Shown: positions 18,932 to 28,600 of the stretch, piece after piece | Position numbering within the stretch: the first letter of the stretch is position 1 | How the letters are laid out: every line of letters starts with the position of its first letter | Source: a virus | Taxonomy: Duplodnaviria; Caudoviricetes | IMG/VR virus record: IMGVR_UViG_3300014656_006071 | Coordinates: 1-34,729 of that record | Direction: 5' to 3' (one strand) | Length of the DNA: 34,729 bases | Notes under the pieces: model-generated | Told to the model about the DNA's origin: nothing | The model's database searches: none | What the model saw: the letters and a program-made list of their open reading frames with translations, nothing else | Program-made: the position numbers and the translations under genes

Positions 18932-19940
18932 TGTCTGCTTTTAACCTCATCCTTTCTAGAACACCTAACGAGGTATTAAAATCAGCAACTACGGCTTCTC
19001 TATCTGAGAACTGCTCAAGAATTAATCCTGCATCATCAAGTCTCTTAGATCCTTCTTTGTCAATAAATGTCATCATCTTATGTCCCGCTTGAGGCAAGAC
19101 TGGCCTCGTGCCAAACTTTTCGAATGTCGCCGCTATATGGTCTCTCTTTTCCTGTAAGAATCGAGTGACTTCTTGAAATTCATCTTTATCATCTACCAGC
19201 CACACCAGCGCCGCAGCTAACTTCGGAGGATCAATTTCTCCCATACTTAACTTTACCATTACATCTACGATATCCATAGCCTCGCTATTAGGAGAAAAGA
19301 GATAACATAAATCATATGGCTGTATAGACATTGCCAAGGCAAGGGAAAATAACGTGATGTGATTCTTATAGTATTTACCTATATGATTATATATTCCTTC
19401 ATAGATAATACGATTCATAGTATCATCAGTGAAGACTACACAATTGTTAGCCTTAAATATCTTGGCGAGTTCTGCCATCTTCTTACCAGAGGCCAGCATT
19501 CCGAATGGTTGCGATGGATTATACATAAATATAATATCGCTAGGCTGAATAACCTTCTTGAGTTCTTTAGTGACGAAGAAACCATCCTTACCAACTGGGC
19601 AGGTATTCATTTCAAGACCGATGTGTTTCGCGCGCAACAATATGTCTTCGTGAGCATACTCAGGAAAGATTATTCTCTTATGGTCCATAACTAGATAATT
19701 TAATGCCAAGAAATAACCCTGTATCTTCCCATTAACAAGCGCGATATTCGCCGCACCATATTCTCCTCTAATAGAGGATGTCATATCTGGTAGGTCATAT
19801 TCTGATAGAAGTTCTGCGAGCTGAATATCGAATCCTTTACTAGAACGAACACTAACCCTTTTGACACATCCAAGAACCTTGGCGAGCGCGGGGTCAATAG
19901 GAATATCTAGGACTGGGTTTACGAGATCTAACTTGGACAA
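18924..19940 (-). CDS. Degenerate class I/II PLP-aminotransferase-fold protein (catalytic Lys absent)
   Basis: Colinear AspC-like motifs: 'NIALVNG', 'IIFMYNPSQPFG' (cf. NPxNPTG), 'VFTDDTM' (cf. DExY), 'FSLAL...PYDLCY' (cf. SFSK...GWRxG) and 'EKRD...G...PQAG'. TTG start with AGGAG. Confidence 0.75.
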   Translation of the reverse strand: MSKLDLVNPVLDIPIDPALAKVLGCVKRVSVRSSKGFDIQLAELLSEYDLPDMTSSIRGEYGAANIALVNGKIQGYFLALNYLVMDHKRIIFPEYAHEDILLRAKHIGLEMNTCPVGKDGFFVTKELKKVIQPSDIIFMYNPSQPFGMLASGKKMAELAKIFKANNCVVFTDDTMNRIIYEGIYNHIGKYYKNHITLFSLALAMSIQPYDLCYLFSPNSEAMDIVDVMVKLSMGEIDPPKLAAALVWLVDDKDEFQEVTRFLQEKRDHIAATFEKFGTRPVLPQAGHKMMTFIDKEGSKRLDDAGLILEQFSDREAVVADFNTSLGVLERMRLKADNG

Positions 19941-19955
19941 TATAAAGCTCCTTAA

Positions 19956-20381
19956 CTAGTAGGGATTTAATCTATTATGCATAATTTTTCCCTCATTCTG
20001 CATCACAGATCTGAGAGCCATTTGTGTTCCTTGCATTATCTGAACCGAGCGCTGCCTCATAGTAGAAGCGGCATCTGAATCTATATATAGTTGATTAGAG
20101 TATGCTTTCATTGAGAACTGACGACTCATCTCTACATTAATGCGCCCTGTTTCCCACGCGGCTTGTCCTATCCCTGCGGCGATCTGAACTCCTATTAAGG
20201 GCCACAATAGACTAGGAACAGCTACCTCCATTAAGACCCAAGGAGTAGACCTTGCAAGGGCGCTCGTTAGTGAGACGCGTTCTCCTGCGAGAGCTCCGAT
20301 ACCTAGTTCAAATGCACCAAAAGTTGCATATTGTCTGCCTATAGTCTGTAATGTTATCTTAGCGGCAGAATTAGCTATCAT
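19956..20381 (-). CDS. Hypothetical virion protein with hydrophobic segments
   Basis: 141 aa with Ala/Gly hydrophobic stretches and a C-terminal 'TMRQRSVQ...RSVMQNEGKIMH'. GAGGAGGAG RBS. Confidence 0.65.
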   Translation of the reverse strand: MIANSAAKITLQTIGRQYATFGAFELGIGALAGERVSLTSALARSTPWVLMEVAVPSLLWPLIGVQIAAGIGQAAWETGRINVEMSRQFSMKAYSNQLYIDSDAASTMRQRSVQIMQGTQMALRSVMQNEGKIMHNRLNPY

Positions 20382-20968
20382 CTAACTCCTCCTCGAGACC
20401 TATGACTACCTAAGACTATGTCTCCTGTAGCCCCCATCGTTGGCGCGCGCGACACGGAACTCTGTAATGCCGAAAAGTCATATGAATCATCAACACCTAC
20501 AGTCTGAATGCGCCGATCTCGCGCAATACGATTCCTTTGATACTCAGCACCTATAGTCTGATTATATAGAGGAATAGCGACGGCACTAGTGAGTATGGCA
20601 CTCCTGGCCCACATCTCAGCACGTGGAGTCATAAAGGCTCGATGTGGCAAAGCACTTTCTATAGAACCAGGTCTCCTAACAACTTTAGCTGCCTTAGGAT
20701 CCCAGGCTAGATGATGCGAGCGACCAATACGACCAGACATAAATCCGCGCCGACCAAATCGTCCTCTGGTAGCCCTTTCTCCTGCCTCTTTGAACAACTG
20801 AGTAGGAGCGAAGGCGCCAAAGCCAGCACCAAGGACAGCAGTTCCCCAAGGATTCTGTCCTGTAGCCTCACCAACAGCATAGCCGAGCGCGCCAAAGCCC
20901 ACCATACGCATCAAGGGCTTACTCGTTAACTTACCCATTCCTGCGAGAAAAGTGTGCATTCCTGGCAT
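20378..20968 (-). CDS. Gly/Arg-rich hypothetical protein with glycine-zipper segment
   Basis: 196 aa. 'GFGALGYAVG...AVLGAGFGA' segment and C-terminal 'MGATGDIVLG'. Confidence 0.65.
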   Translation of the reverse strand: MPGMHTFLAGMGKLTSKPLMRMVGFGALGYAVGEATGQNPWGTAVLGAGFGAFAPTQLFKEAGERATRGRFGRRGFMSGRIGRSHHLAWDPKAAKVVRRPGSIESALPHRAFMTPRAEMWARSAILTSAVAIPLYNQTIGAEYQRNRIARDRRIQTVGVDDSYDFSALQSSVSRAPTMGATGDIVLGSHRSRGGVR

Positions 20969-20971
20969 TTA

Positions 20972-21616
20972 TTACCTCATAGAAGGCCAGTCGTGCATTG
21001 ATACGGCGTTAATTACATTGCCTTTCCCTTTCGCTAATACCCTTCTGGAGCCTCCGATTGTTTCCATACCAAATAATCCCATAGTCTCGCCTCCGCCAGC
21101 ATATACTCGAAGATTTTTCCACGTTGCTTCATCTATAGCACGAGCACCATAGCCGGGCATATTAATATATGACGAGGGGGGACCAGGAGACCTGTATACT
21201 TTTTCTAAGACTTGCATTGGCATCCCTGGAGCTCTAGAACCTGCACGCATACCTGCTCCGTGAGATATGCGGTTTACCGGCGCTGACAATCCTCTAGGAC
21301 GAAGCGCCGCTCCAGGAGACATAATCTCTTGCATAACTCTTTTGCCTGGAGTTGCCATCCTAGCCCGATGTTCAGCAAATCTTCCCATAACATCACTTCG
21401 GCGCATACCCCTGAGGCCCTGTCCGCCAAGATAGCCTATACCACCGTACAGCGCCGCACGAGATGCTCGGTCTCCCATATCATCGCCAGTTAGGAATCCA
21501 TACGTTGCTCCTATACCTGCGCCATAGCGCCCCATAAATTTAGAGGCACCACGCATTCCCCTTGGAGAAAATAATGCGTGACTAGCCACTTCCATACCTG
21601 CTCTAACATTTACCAC
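20972..21616 (-). CDS. Gly/Arg/Met-rich hypothetical protein with glycine-zipper segment
   Basis: 214 aa, basic and low in complexity, with 'YGAGIGATYG...ALYGGIGYLGG'. Confidence 0.65.
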   Translation of the reverse strand: MVNVRAGMEVASHALFSPRGMRGASKFMGRYGAGIGATYGFLTGDDMGDRASRAALYGGIGYLGGQGLRGMRRSDVMGRFAEHRARMATPGKRVMQEIMSPGAALRPRGLSAPVNRISHGAGMRAGSRAPGMPMQVLEKVYRSPGPPSSYINMPGYGARAIDEATWKNLRVYAGGGETMGLFGMETIGGSRRVLAKGKGNVINAVSMHDWPSMR

Positions 21617-22074
21617 TAGAATCTATCCCCACCCGTATATTCGTGTCTTAACCTAACATCCACATACATCCCTATGAACGGCGATGTCCCTGTAGATACG
21701 AGACAGAATGGTCCGTATATATCATATGGCCCTGTCTCAAATGAATCATTTAATCTTAGTCTTATATACCAGCATCCATCAGTGATGCCGTCCGCGGCGT
21801 AGTCCCAGGCCATATCGTAATGTTGTATGCCCGCGGGCCACGTGCTAGATATCCCCGTCGTTAGTCCAGAGGCTGTGGCGTTGTTCCACGGCCCCACGAG
21901 GGCATCGCTATATTGAAAATCGGCGCCGGTAAAGGAACACACATCATCATCTGTATCTATCGCATAATATAATAAGTAGGCATAGTCAGCGATGTTAACA
22001 TTGGCAATGTTGACCTCGGGAGGGTCGTTGGCACCGAAACGGCCGACCATACCTGCTAATCCAAAACCCCTCAA
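21616..22074 (-). CDS. Small Ig/FN3-like beta-sandwich protein
   Basis: 152 aa. The pattern 'NDPP...D.DDD...FQYS...W...WD...WYIRLRLND' is typical of Ig/FN3-like modules. Overlaps the glycosyltransferase stop. Confidence 0.55.
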   Translation of the reverse strand: MRGFGLAGMVGRFGANDPPEVNIANVNIADYAYLLYYAIDTDDDVCSFTGADFQYSDALVGPWNNATASGLTTGISSTWPAGIQHYDMAWDYAADGITDGCWYIRLRLNDSFETGPYDIYGPFCLVSTGTSPFIGMYVDVRLRHEYTGGDRF

Positions 22075-24833
22075 GCAATTACCCCCAGTCGTTCATAATT
22101 GTCGGCATATTCTTCAATAGCATTGATTACATCTTCTACACTTATAAGTCTCATCTTATCATTAGGAACATTCTCATTCCTTAGCCACTGAATATTAGGA
22201 TCGGGAATGCCTTTGCAGATATTGATGTTAGTCGGATAGCCAAACAATGCTGGATTCGTGCTACCAAACAATATTATAGCCTTGGTACCAAATGCGTGAG
22301 CCGCGTGGCCCGCCCAAGTATCAACACTAATAACAAGCGATGCGTGCTTCACGAGAGCAATGGCATCTAGGATATGGGTAGTGAGAAACTGATCTGTTCC
22401 AAGATCTGTCTCTTGCCCCTTCACGCCCAACTGATTCACTTGATATCCTCTTTCCTTCAATGCCCTAATGAGTGCGCGCCACTTTTCATCTTCCCAGTCC
22501 TTATATGTACTAATCTTACCGTGCGCCGTCACAGCAGAGTAAGGAACAATGAGACATAATGGGCCATCGGCGCTGGCAACAAATTCCCTTGCTCTATCCT
22601 CTCTCCACTGAGGAATGAAGACGCTATATCTCTCGTCATCATCGGTGAGACCATATTCATCGTACCATAATTGTCTTAGGTGCCTTTGGCTCTGAGACTT
22701 AAATCCTCGTTCATATACATTTACAGGATGTTCAGATAAATCCGATACTACTTCTAATGGCCAGAAGACATCTATATTAGGATTGCCGTGTAGTATGTCC
22801 TCAGAACTCGCGCCCACCACAATCTGCTTATCGGTAGATTTCCTCAATGCCTGAAGCATAGCAGTAGTAGCAATATGGTCGCCAACGCCAGCAAAGATAG
22901 GCACAAAAATCTTGTCATCATCGTTGCGCACCAGTTCCTTCACTCTTTCCCAGAATAACTTATCGTCTTCTGCCCACAGACTACCAGCAGGATTATTGCT
23001 TCTGATGCCTCCACTGGGAGACTGGAAGTGCCAGGTAACAATATCGGTATCAACTATAAGTTTATAGCCAGCGTGGAACATTCTGTATGTAAAGTCGGTT
23101 TCTTCACGATGGCCAACTCTGGAATATCCTGTGAAATATCCTCCTATCTCTTGGGCCACAGATTTCCTGAACATAAACGAACTGGTGAGATGCTGGACTT
23201 CATAAGTACGTGCCGCCTGATTAAAGTGTTGTATGTGTATAGGTGGCCCCATTGCCTTTGCGACGAACTCGGCCTCATCATTGAACTCGGGGGAACTAGG
23301 AGCCATTACAAGACCGCCAGCGGCGGCTACCTTTGGGTCTTTGAACTGCTGTACGAGTTTCCCTATTGTCTGTCTCTCAGGATACTCATCATCGTCAACT
23401 CTTAGTATAAGTTCCGACTCGGCTAACTGTAGCCCCATCTGATGCGACCACTGGGGGCCCTTCTTCTTACCAAATACAACCTTCCATTGTATATGTCGGC
23501 GGTCTAACAATGCCAACTGATGCGCCAGCAATGGAATAGTTCGTATATCTTGAGCATCATCAGTGTCATCTATAATTATAATTGAGAAATTATTATATGT
23601 CTGCCGTGCCAGCGCCCCTAACGTATGGCTAAGATAATCATATCTATTCCTCGTTGGGATTACTACTGTCACGTGTGGATTCAAATATCTATCCTCCAAT
23701 ATCTTTGAATTCCTCTCAAATATCTTTCCCCATTCCTCGACTCCAATCTCACTATGCATTGTGGCTTCCCCTTCGTGATATATAGGGAAGTTGCCTATGA
23801 CATATTTGTCTTTACCACCGCTGATTTCTCCTGCTTGTGCGAGACGATAACCTGCCTTGACGGCCTCTATTGAAAAGCTAGTATCGTCGCCCCCTCCTTC
23901 CTTAAAACTTTCGTCCAATAGACCTACCTTATCAAAAACCTCTCTCTTTATCATAGCACAGAAGAATATAATGAAATCGTGATCGGTATGCGAGCAATGA
24001 CCAAGAGTTGGCCCTACTATGCCAACGCGCGAATCTTTCGCGAAGGGCTCTCTCAACATAGAGATCCAGTGTTCTCCAGTTATCTCTGTATCGCTATTCA
24101 GAAGAATTATATATTCTCCATACGCTTCGGGGATAGCGACATTATTGGCGCGCGCGTAGCCTAACGGCTCATCATATATATAAATTCTCTTAGTATATTC
24201 TTGCTGTCGTATCCAGTCGTTAGTCTCATCATTGGAACCATTAGAGACGATGAGGATCTCATAATCTTCCTTCGTATACTGTTTGATAGATGCGAGACAC
24301 TTTTTGAGCCATTCAAGTTGATTATATACAGGTATGATAATAGAATAGGTCGGCCCTGGCTTATACGCTATAGTTTTGGTACACGTATCTGTTATGTCTG
24401 GCATATTTGTAGCAGGTTGTGATGAGATATTAACAAGACCAAGGGAAGATAATATTTTTTCTATTTCGTCGCCCCACCAGCACCAATAATGTTGGTGACC
24501 TGGCCAAAGGGGAGTTCCAATCCAATTATGTATTAATCGATGCCGACGTGCGGGTTCATTAAGCCAAACTCTACACGTTTTTTCAGTGTCTGGATAAATT
24601 AATGTTAAAATCCCACCAGGACGAAGAACTCTAATCCATTCGGTAAGAACCGTTACGGTTTCGTGTGGCGGAAAATGCTCTATTAAATGAGACGCAAAAA
24701 CCTCTATAGCAGAACAATCATCGAAAGGGAGATACCGAGCATCGGCTTTCACATCGGCTTTTTCGCAATGAAGATCAACATTAATATAATCTTTTTTTAA
24801 GTCCTCACCACATCCAACGTTAAGTCTAATCAT
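22071..24833 (-). CDS. Four-domain SAM methyltransferase - GT2 - GT2 - GT9 fusion protein
   Basis: MTase domain, aa 1 to about 157 ('RLNVGCG', 'ASHLIEH', 'RVLRPGG'). First GT2 ('SIIIPVYN', 'LLNSDT', 'GGGDD'). Second GT2 ('TVVIPTRN', 'RVDDDE', 'REETD'). GT9-like GT-B domain ('GVGDHI', 'KDW', 'ISVDTWAGHAAHAFG...LFGSTNP'). No transmembrane segment seen. Confidence 0.9.
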   Translation of the reverse strand: MIRLNVGCGEDLKKDYINVDLHCEKADVKADARYLPFDDCSAIEVFASHLIEHFPPHETVTVLTEWIRVLRPGGILTLIYPDTEKTCRVWLNEPARRHRLIHNWIGTPLWPGHQHYWCWWGDEIEKILSSLGLVNISSQPATNMPDITDTCTKTIAYKPGPTYSIIIPVYNQLEWLKKCLASIKQYTKEDYEILIVSNGSNDETNDWIRQQEYTKRIYIYDEPLGYARANNVAIPEAYGEYIILLNSDTEITGEHWISMLREPFAKDSRVGIVGPTLGHCSHTDHDFIIFFCAMIKREVFDKVGLLDESFKEGGGDDTSFSIEAVKAGYRLAQAGEISGGKDKYVIGNFPIYHEGEATMHSEIGVEEWGKIFERNSKILEDRYLNPHVTVVIPTRNRYDYLSHTLGALARQTYNNFSIIIIDDTDDAQDIRTIPLLAHQLALLDRRHIQWKVVFGKKKGPQWSHQMGLQLAESELILRVDDDEYPERQTIGKLVQQFKDPKVAAAGGLVMAPSSPEFNDEAEFVAKAMGPPIHIQHFNQAARTYEVQHLTSSFMFRKSVAQEIGGYFTGYSRVGHREETDFTYRMFHAGYKLIVDTDIVTWHFQSPSGGIRSNNPAGSLWAEDDKLFWERVKELVRNDDDKIFVPIFAGVGDHIATTAMLQALRKSTDKQIVVGASSEDILHGNPNIDVFWPLEVVSDLSEHPVNVYERGFKSQSQRHLRQLWYDEYGLTDDDERYSVFIPQWREDRAREFVASADGPLCLIVPYSAVTAHGKISTYKDWEDEKWRALIRALKERGYQVNQLGVKGQETDLGTDQFLTTHILDAIALVKHASLVISVDTWAGHAAHAFGTKAIILFGSTNPALFGYPTNINICKGIPDPNIQWLRNENVPNDKMRLISVEDVINAIEEYADNYERLGVIA

Positions 24834-25599
24834 TTATATGTCCAGTATGTTTTAGGATACTAGCCATATGTTCAAACCAAGAATTTCTATCCATATCTCT
24901 TTTCATCCAGTTACACTTTGCGCAACAAGGAACTACGTTATCTATTGTATATCCTTTAGTATTATCAACACGATCAAGACCTTGACAAACATAATCTCCA
25001 TTATTGTGTCTGGCTTTAACAATATTTAACGGAGGACTTCCACAATAATAACAATTCTCTTGGGTAAGACATGTGAATTCAATTTCATCTATTTCGAAAG
25101 TATAATCAAGAGACTTTGCTCGTTTCTTATAATCTCTCATTCTATGTCTTATCGACGCTTGTCCTTTTAACAGGCGACGGTTATCTCTAGCAAAACACCC
25201 ACAACTAGAGGTATGACCAGACCGAAGATGAGAGGCTCTTACCGTAGTAAAATTTCCACACCCTCCTAAAATGGGATCACAAAGGCAACGCCAATAAATA
25301 CTAGACGACGGATGCTTCCCCCTCTTTATAACTTTAAGCCTCCCGAAGGTTTGTCCAACAAGATTTTCATTGCTTCCCCGTTTCGTGCGGGCTATGTTGA
25401 TATTTCGTCTCGCCAATTCTTTGCTAAGACATCCACAACTTTGAGTATGACCACCCTTAAGATTACTTCTATTTGTAATCTTTGTATTTCCACAGTCGCA
25501 CTGGCATTCCCAAAGCATTGCTCCATTTTTAGAGCCAATTCTTCGCAACGCTTCTAATCTTCCAAATCTCTGTCCTGTTAAATCTATGACCTTACTCAA
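24826..25599 (-). CDS. Free-standing HNH homing endonuclease
   Basis: Two N-terminal repeats of 'LxGQxFGRL...WxCxC...CGN...L..GHT.SCGC', then a His-Me finger 'CYYCG...GLDRVDNTKGYTIDNVVPCCAKCN'. TTG start. Confidence 0.88.
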   Translation of the reverse strand: MSKVIDLTGQRFGRLEALRRIGSKNGAMLWECQCDCGNTKITNRSNLKGGHTQSCGCLSKELARRNINIARTKRGSNENLVGQTFGRLKVIKRGKHPSSSIYWRCLCDPILGGCGNFTTVRASHLRSGHTSSCGCFARDNRRLLKGQASIRHRMRDYKKRAKSLDYTFEIDEIEFTCLTQENCYYCGSPPLNIVKARHNNGDYVCQGLDRVDNTKGYTIDNVVPCCAKCNWMKRDMDRNSWFEHMASILKHTGHIND

Positions 25600-25642
25600 A
25601 TTCAGTACCCCAAATTCAAACGAAATACGTTCTCCATTAATA

Positions 25643-25671
25643 ATTATACCATATTATGGGTGCATTGTCAA
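25643..25671 (-). promoter_or_regulatory. Consensus sigma70/SigA promoter with extended -10
   Basis: The minus strand reads TTGACA (25671-25666), 17 nt, TATAAT (25648-25643), with TG-n directly before the -10. It lies in the 74-nt gap upstream of the HNH gene. Confidence 0.88.
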
Positions 25672-25673
25672 GA

Positions 25674-28600
25674 CTAACTAATCCTATGGACGGTCAAGTA
25701 CGTTGCTTGAGATATACCAGATATATCTACTGCATTGTCCCCAGAAACAGACAATGCATAGAGTTCTATATAGTCGGTAATGCCATTACAATAGATAACA
25801 TCGGTAGCCTGAACTGTTAAGGCAGCGGCTAACGATGAGTGAATATGATTATCTGTTACAAGGGCTCCATTCTTATATATAGCACAGGCATATCTTTTAC
25901 CTACTACTATACTAGAGCCAATAAAATTAACTGAACCTACTACTAGGTAGTATCCTTCTACATTTGGCGTACAACGATACGTGCCAGTATCGAATATCGC
26001 TGTAATATCATATGTTTCTGTATCTAGCTGGACCTGCGTCCAAGTATTATTAACGAGATTTAATTGATTGCTACCAAGATAAGCTCTACATTTAGGTCCT
26101 ATAGTTGCGCCACTGAACCCAGATACACCAGAGAATCCAGATGTACCAACAGGAGCGAAGCCAAATCCTATGTTGTCATCATTAGACAAGCTTCCATTAT
26201 GTGCTTGATATGTAATAGAACACTTATAATACGTTACTAAATTAGTGACAACAGTAAGCTTATAGTGCACGAAGACAGACGGATCTGATTCTTTGAAGAT
26301 TCTTACACTATCTCCACTTTTAAGCTCCGCAAGTACAACTCCTACACTAGCCGAATTCCTATCGGTAGTGCTAATTGTTATATTACTAACAATCAAGGGA
26401 TTTGCATTATCAAATTCTATGTGCCCCGCCGCGGGGGGCTCGGATGTATCTGTTGAGAACTGATAGAGTAATGTCCAGCCACCAGTAGAACCCATCGATC
26501 CACTGTATCCAGAGAGGCCACTAAATCCGCTTATACCAGAAAAGCCTGAAATACCTGAGAAACCTGAAATACCAGAATATCCACTAAAGCCTGAATCTCC
26601 AGTAGCACCCGTATCTCCGCTATAACCACTTGTGCCAGAATATCCTGAGATACCTTCCGAACCGGTTGCACCAGTATCTCCAGAATAACCCGAGATGCCC
26701 GAGTACCCACTAATCCCCGAGTATCCTGATGTACCAGTTGCCCCAGTATCACCCGTGGCCCCTGTGGCCCCAGAGTAACCTGAGATGCCAGAGTATCCAC
26801 TTATTCCACTATAACCGGAGATTCCAGAATAACCTGACGTTCCTGTAGCGCCTGTATCGCCAGTTGCCCCCGTGGCACCAGAGTACCCGCTGATTCCTGA
26901 ATAACCAGATATGCCTGAGTAACCTGATACCCCTGTGGCTCCAGTAGCGCCGCTGTATCCGCTTATACCACTGTATCCAGAGGTTCCAGTAGCACCTGTA
27001 TCTCCTGTGGCTCCTGTCGCACCACTATAGCCAGATATACCACTATATCCTGACGTTCCTGTGGCCCCGGTATCACCGGTAGCTCCAGTAGCGCCCGAGT
27101 AACCTGAAATTCCTGAATAGCCAGAGATACCAGTGGCACCGGTATCACCAGTAGCACCTGTGGCCCCGCTATATCCGCTTATGCCAGAGTATCCTGATGT
27201 CCCAGTGGGACCAGTTGGACCTTCTGGGCCTGTGGCACCGGAATAGCCACTAATTCCAGAGAAACCAGAGTACCCAGAGATTCCTGAATAGCCTGAAGTG
27301 CCTGTTGCACCATCTGCACCATCTGAACCATCGGTACCTGAGTAACCACTTATACCAGAATAACCGGACGTGCCAGTCGGTCCAGCACCGCCGGTTGCAC
27401 CGCTATATCCACTAGTTCCTGAATACCCCGAAGTACCAGTTGCGCCAACTCCACCAGAGTATCCAGATATACCCGAATATCCGGATTGACCGGAGTACCC
27501 CGATGTGCCAGCTCCTTCTGGGCCTGTTGCGCCAGAGTACCCTGAGATACCCGAGTATCCGCTTACCCCAGAGTACCCGCTGGTTCCGGCTCCAGAATAA
27601 CCAGAGACTCCAGAGTAGCCTGAAATGCCACTGTAGCCAGAGGCACCATCGTTTCCGTCGGCACCAGAGTATCCACTAAATCCTGAAGGTCCACTATAGC
27701 CAGAGAATCCTGAGGGCCCACTGTACCCAGATGTACCTGTCGCGCCGGTGTCGCCCGTTGCTCCAGTATCGCCAGAATATCCAGAAATTCCGCTGTAGCC
27801 CGAGATGCCACTGTATCCGCTAATGCCTGAATATCCAGATTCGCCAGTAGAACCATCGGTACCAGAATAACCAGATATACCGCTATATCCTGAGTATCCG
27901 CTTGTTCCTTCGCCCGAGTAACCTGAATAACCTGATGCTCCAGGACCACCAGCGATTGCAGAATACCCTGATAAGCCAGAGTAACCACTGGGACCTGAAT
28001 ATCCACTATAACCCGAATAACCAGACCAACCACTAGTGCCAGAGTAGCCACTTGTGCCCTCTATTCCATCTTGTCCACTGAATCCTGAGTAGCCAGATAT
28101 TCCTGAATCACCCGTGGCGCCATCTTCTCCTGAATATCCACTGTATCCAGAAGTTCCCTCTCCACTATATCCGGAGTAACCTGAAGTACCAGATTCTCCT
28201 GAATAACCGCTAAGCCCCGAATCTCCAGAATAACCACTATAGCCAGAGTAACCGCTTACACCTGAATACCCGGAGAAACCAGAAGTTCCTGGTCCACCAG
28301 CTGCCGCGGAATAACCAGATAAACCTGAATAGCCCGAAATCCCACTGTATCCACTCGGTCCGGAGTAACCACTGAAACCTGATGTACCAGTATCCCCAGT
28401 AGGACCAGAATAACCTGAGTAACCAGAAATGCCACTATAACCGGATGTTCCGCTGTATCCTGAAATACCAGAGACTCCGGAATACCCAGATTCTCCAGAG
28501 TAGCCACTAATGCCGGAATAACCCGATGTACCGGAAGCACCTGTCGCAGCAGAATATCCACTAGTGCCACTATAACCAGACTCTCCTACTCCGTCAGATC

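Noticed and set aside
18924-19940. Active sugar aminotransferase supplying the glycosyltransferase
   Set aside because: The motif pattern is class I/II rather than DegT-like, and the catalytic Lys is missing.
24826-25683. GATTAG at both ends of the HNH cassette as a target-site duplication
   Set aside because: It is only 6 nt in AT-rich sequence, and homing endonucleases do not normally create duplications.
25674-26100. Diversity-generating retroelement target at the fibre tip
   Set aside because: No reverse transcriptase and no near-identical template repeat in the window. The 112-aa duplicates differ at all base types.
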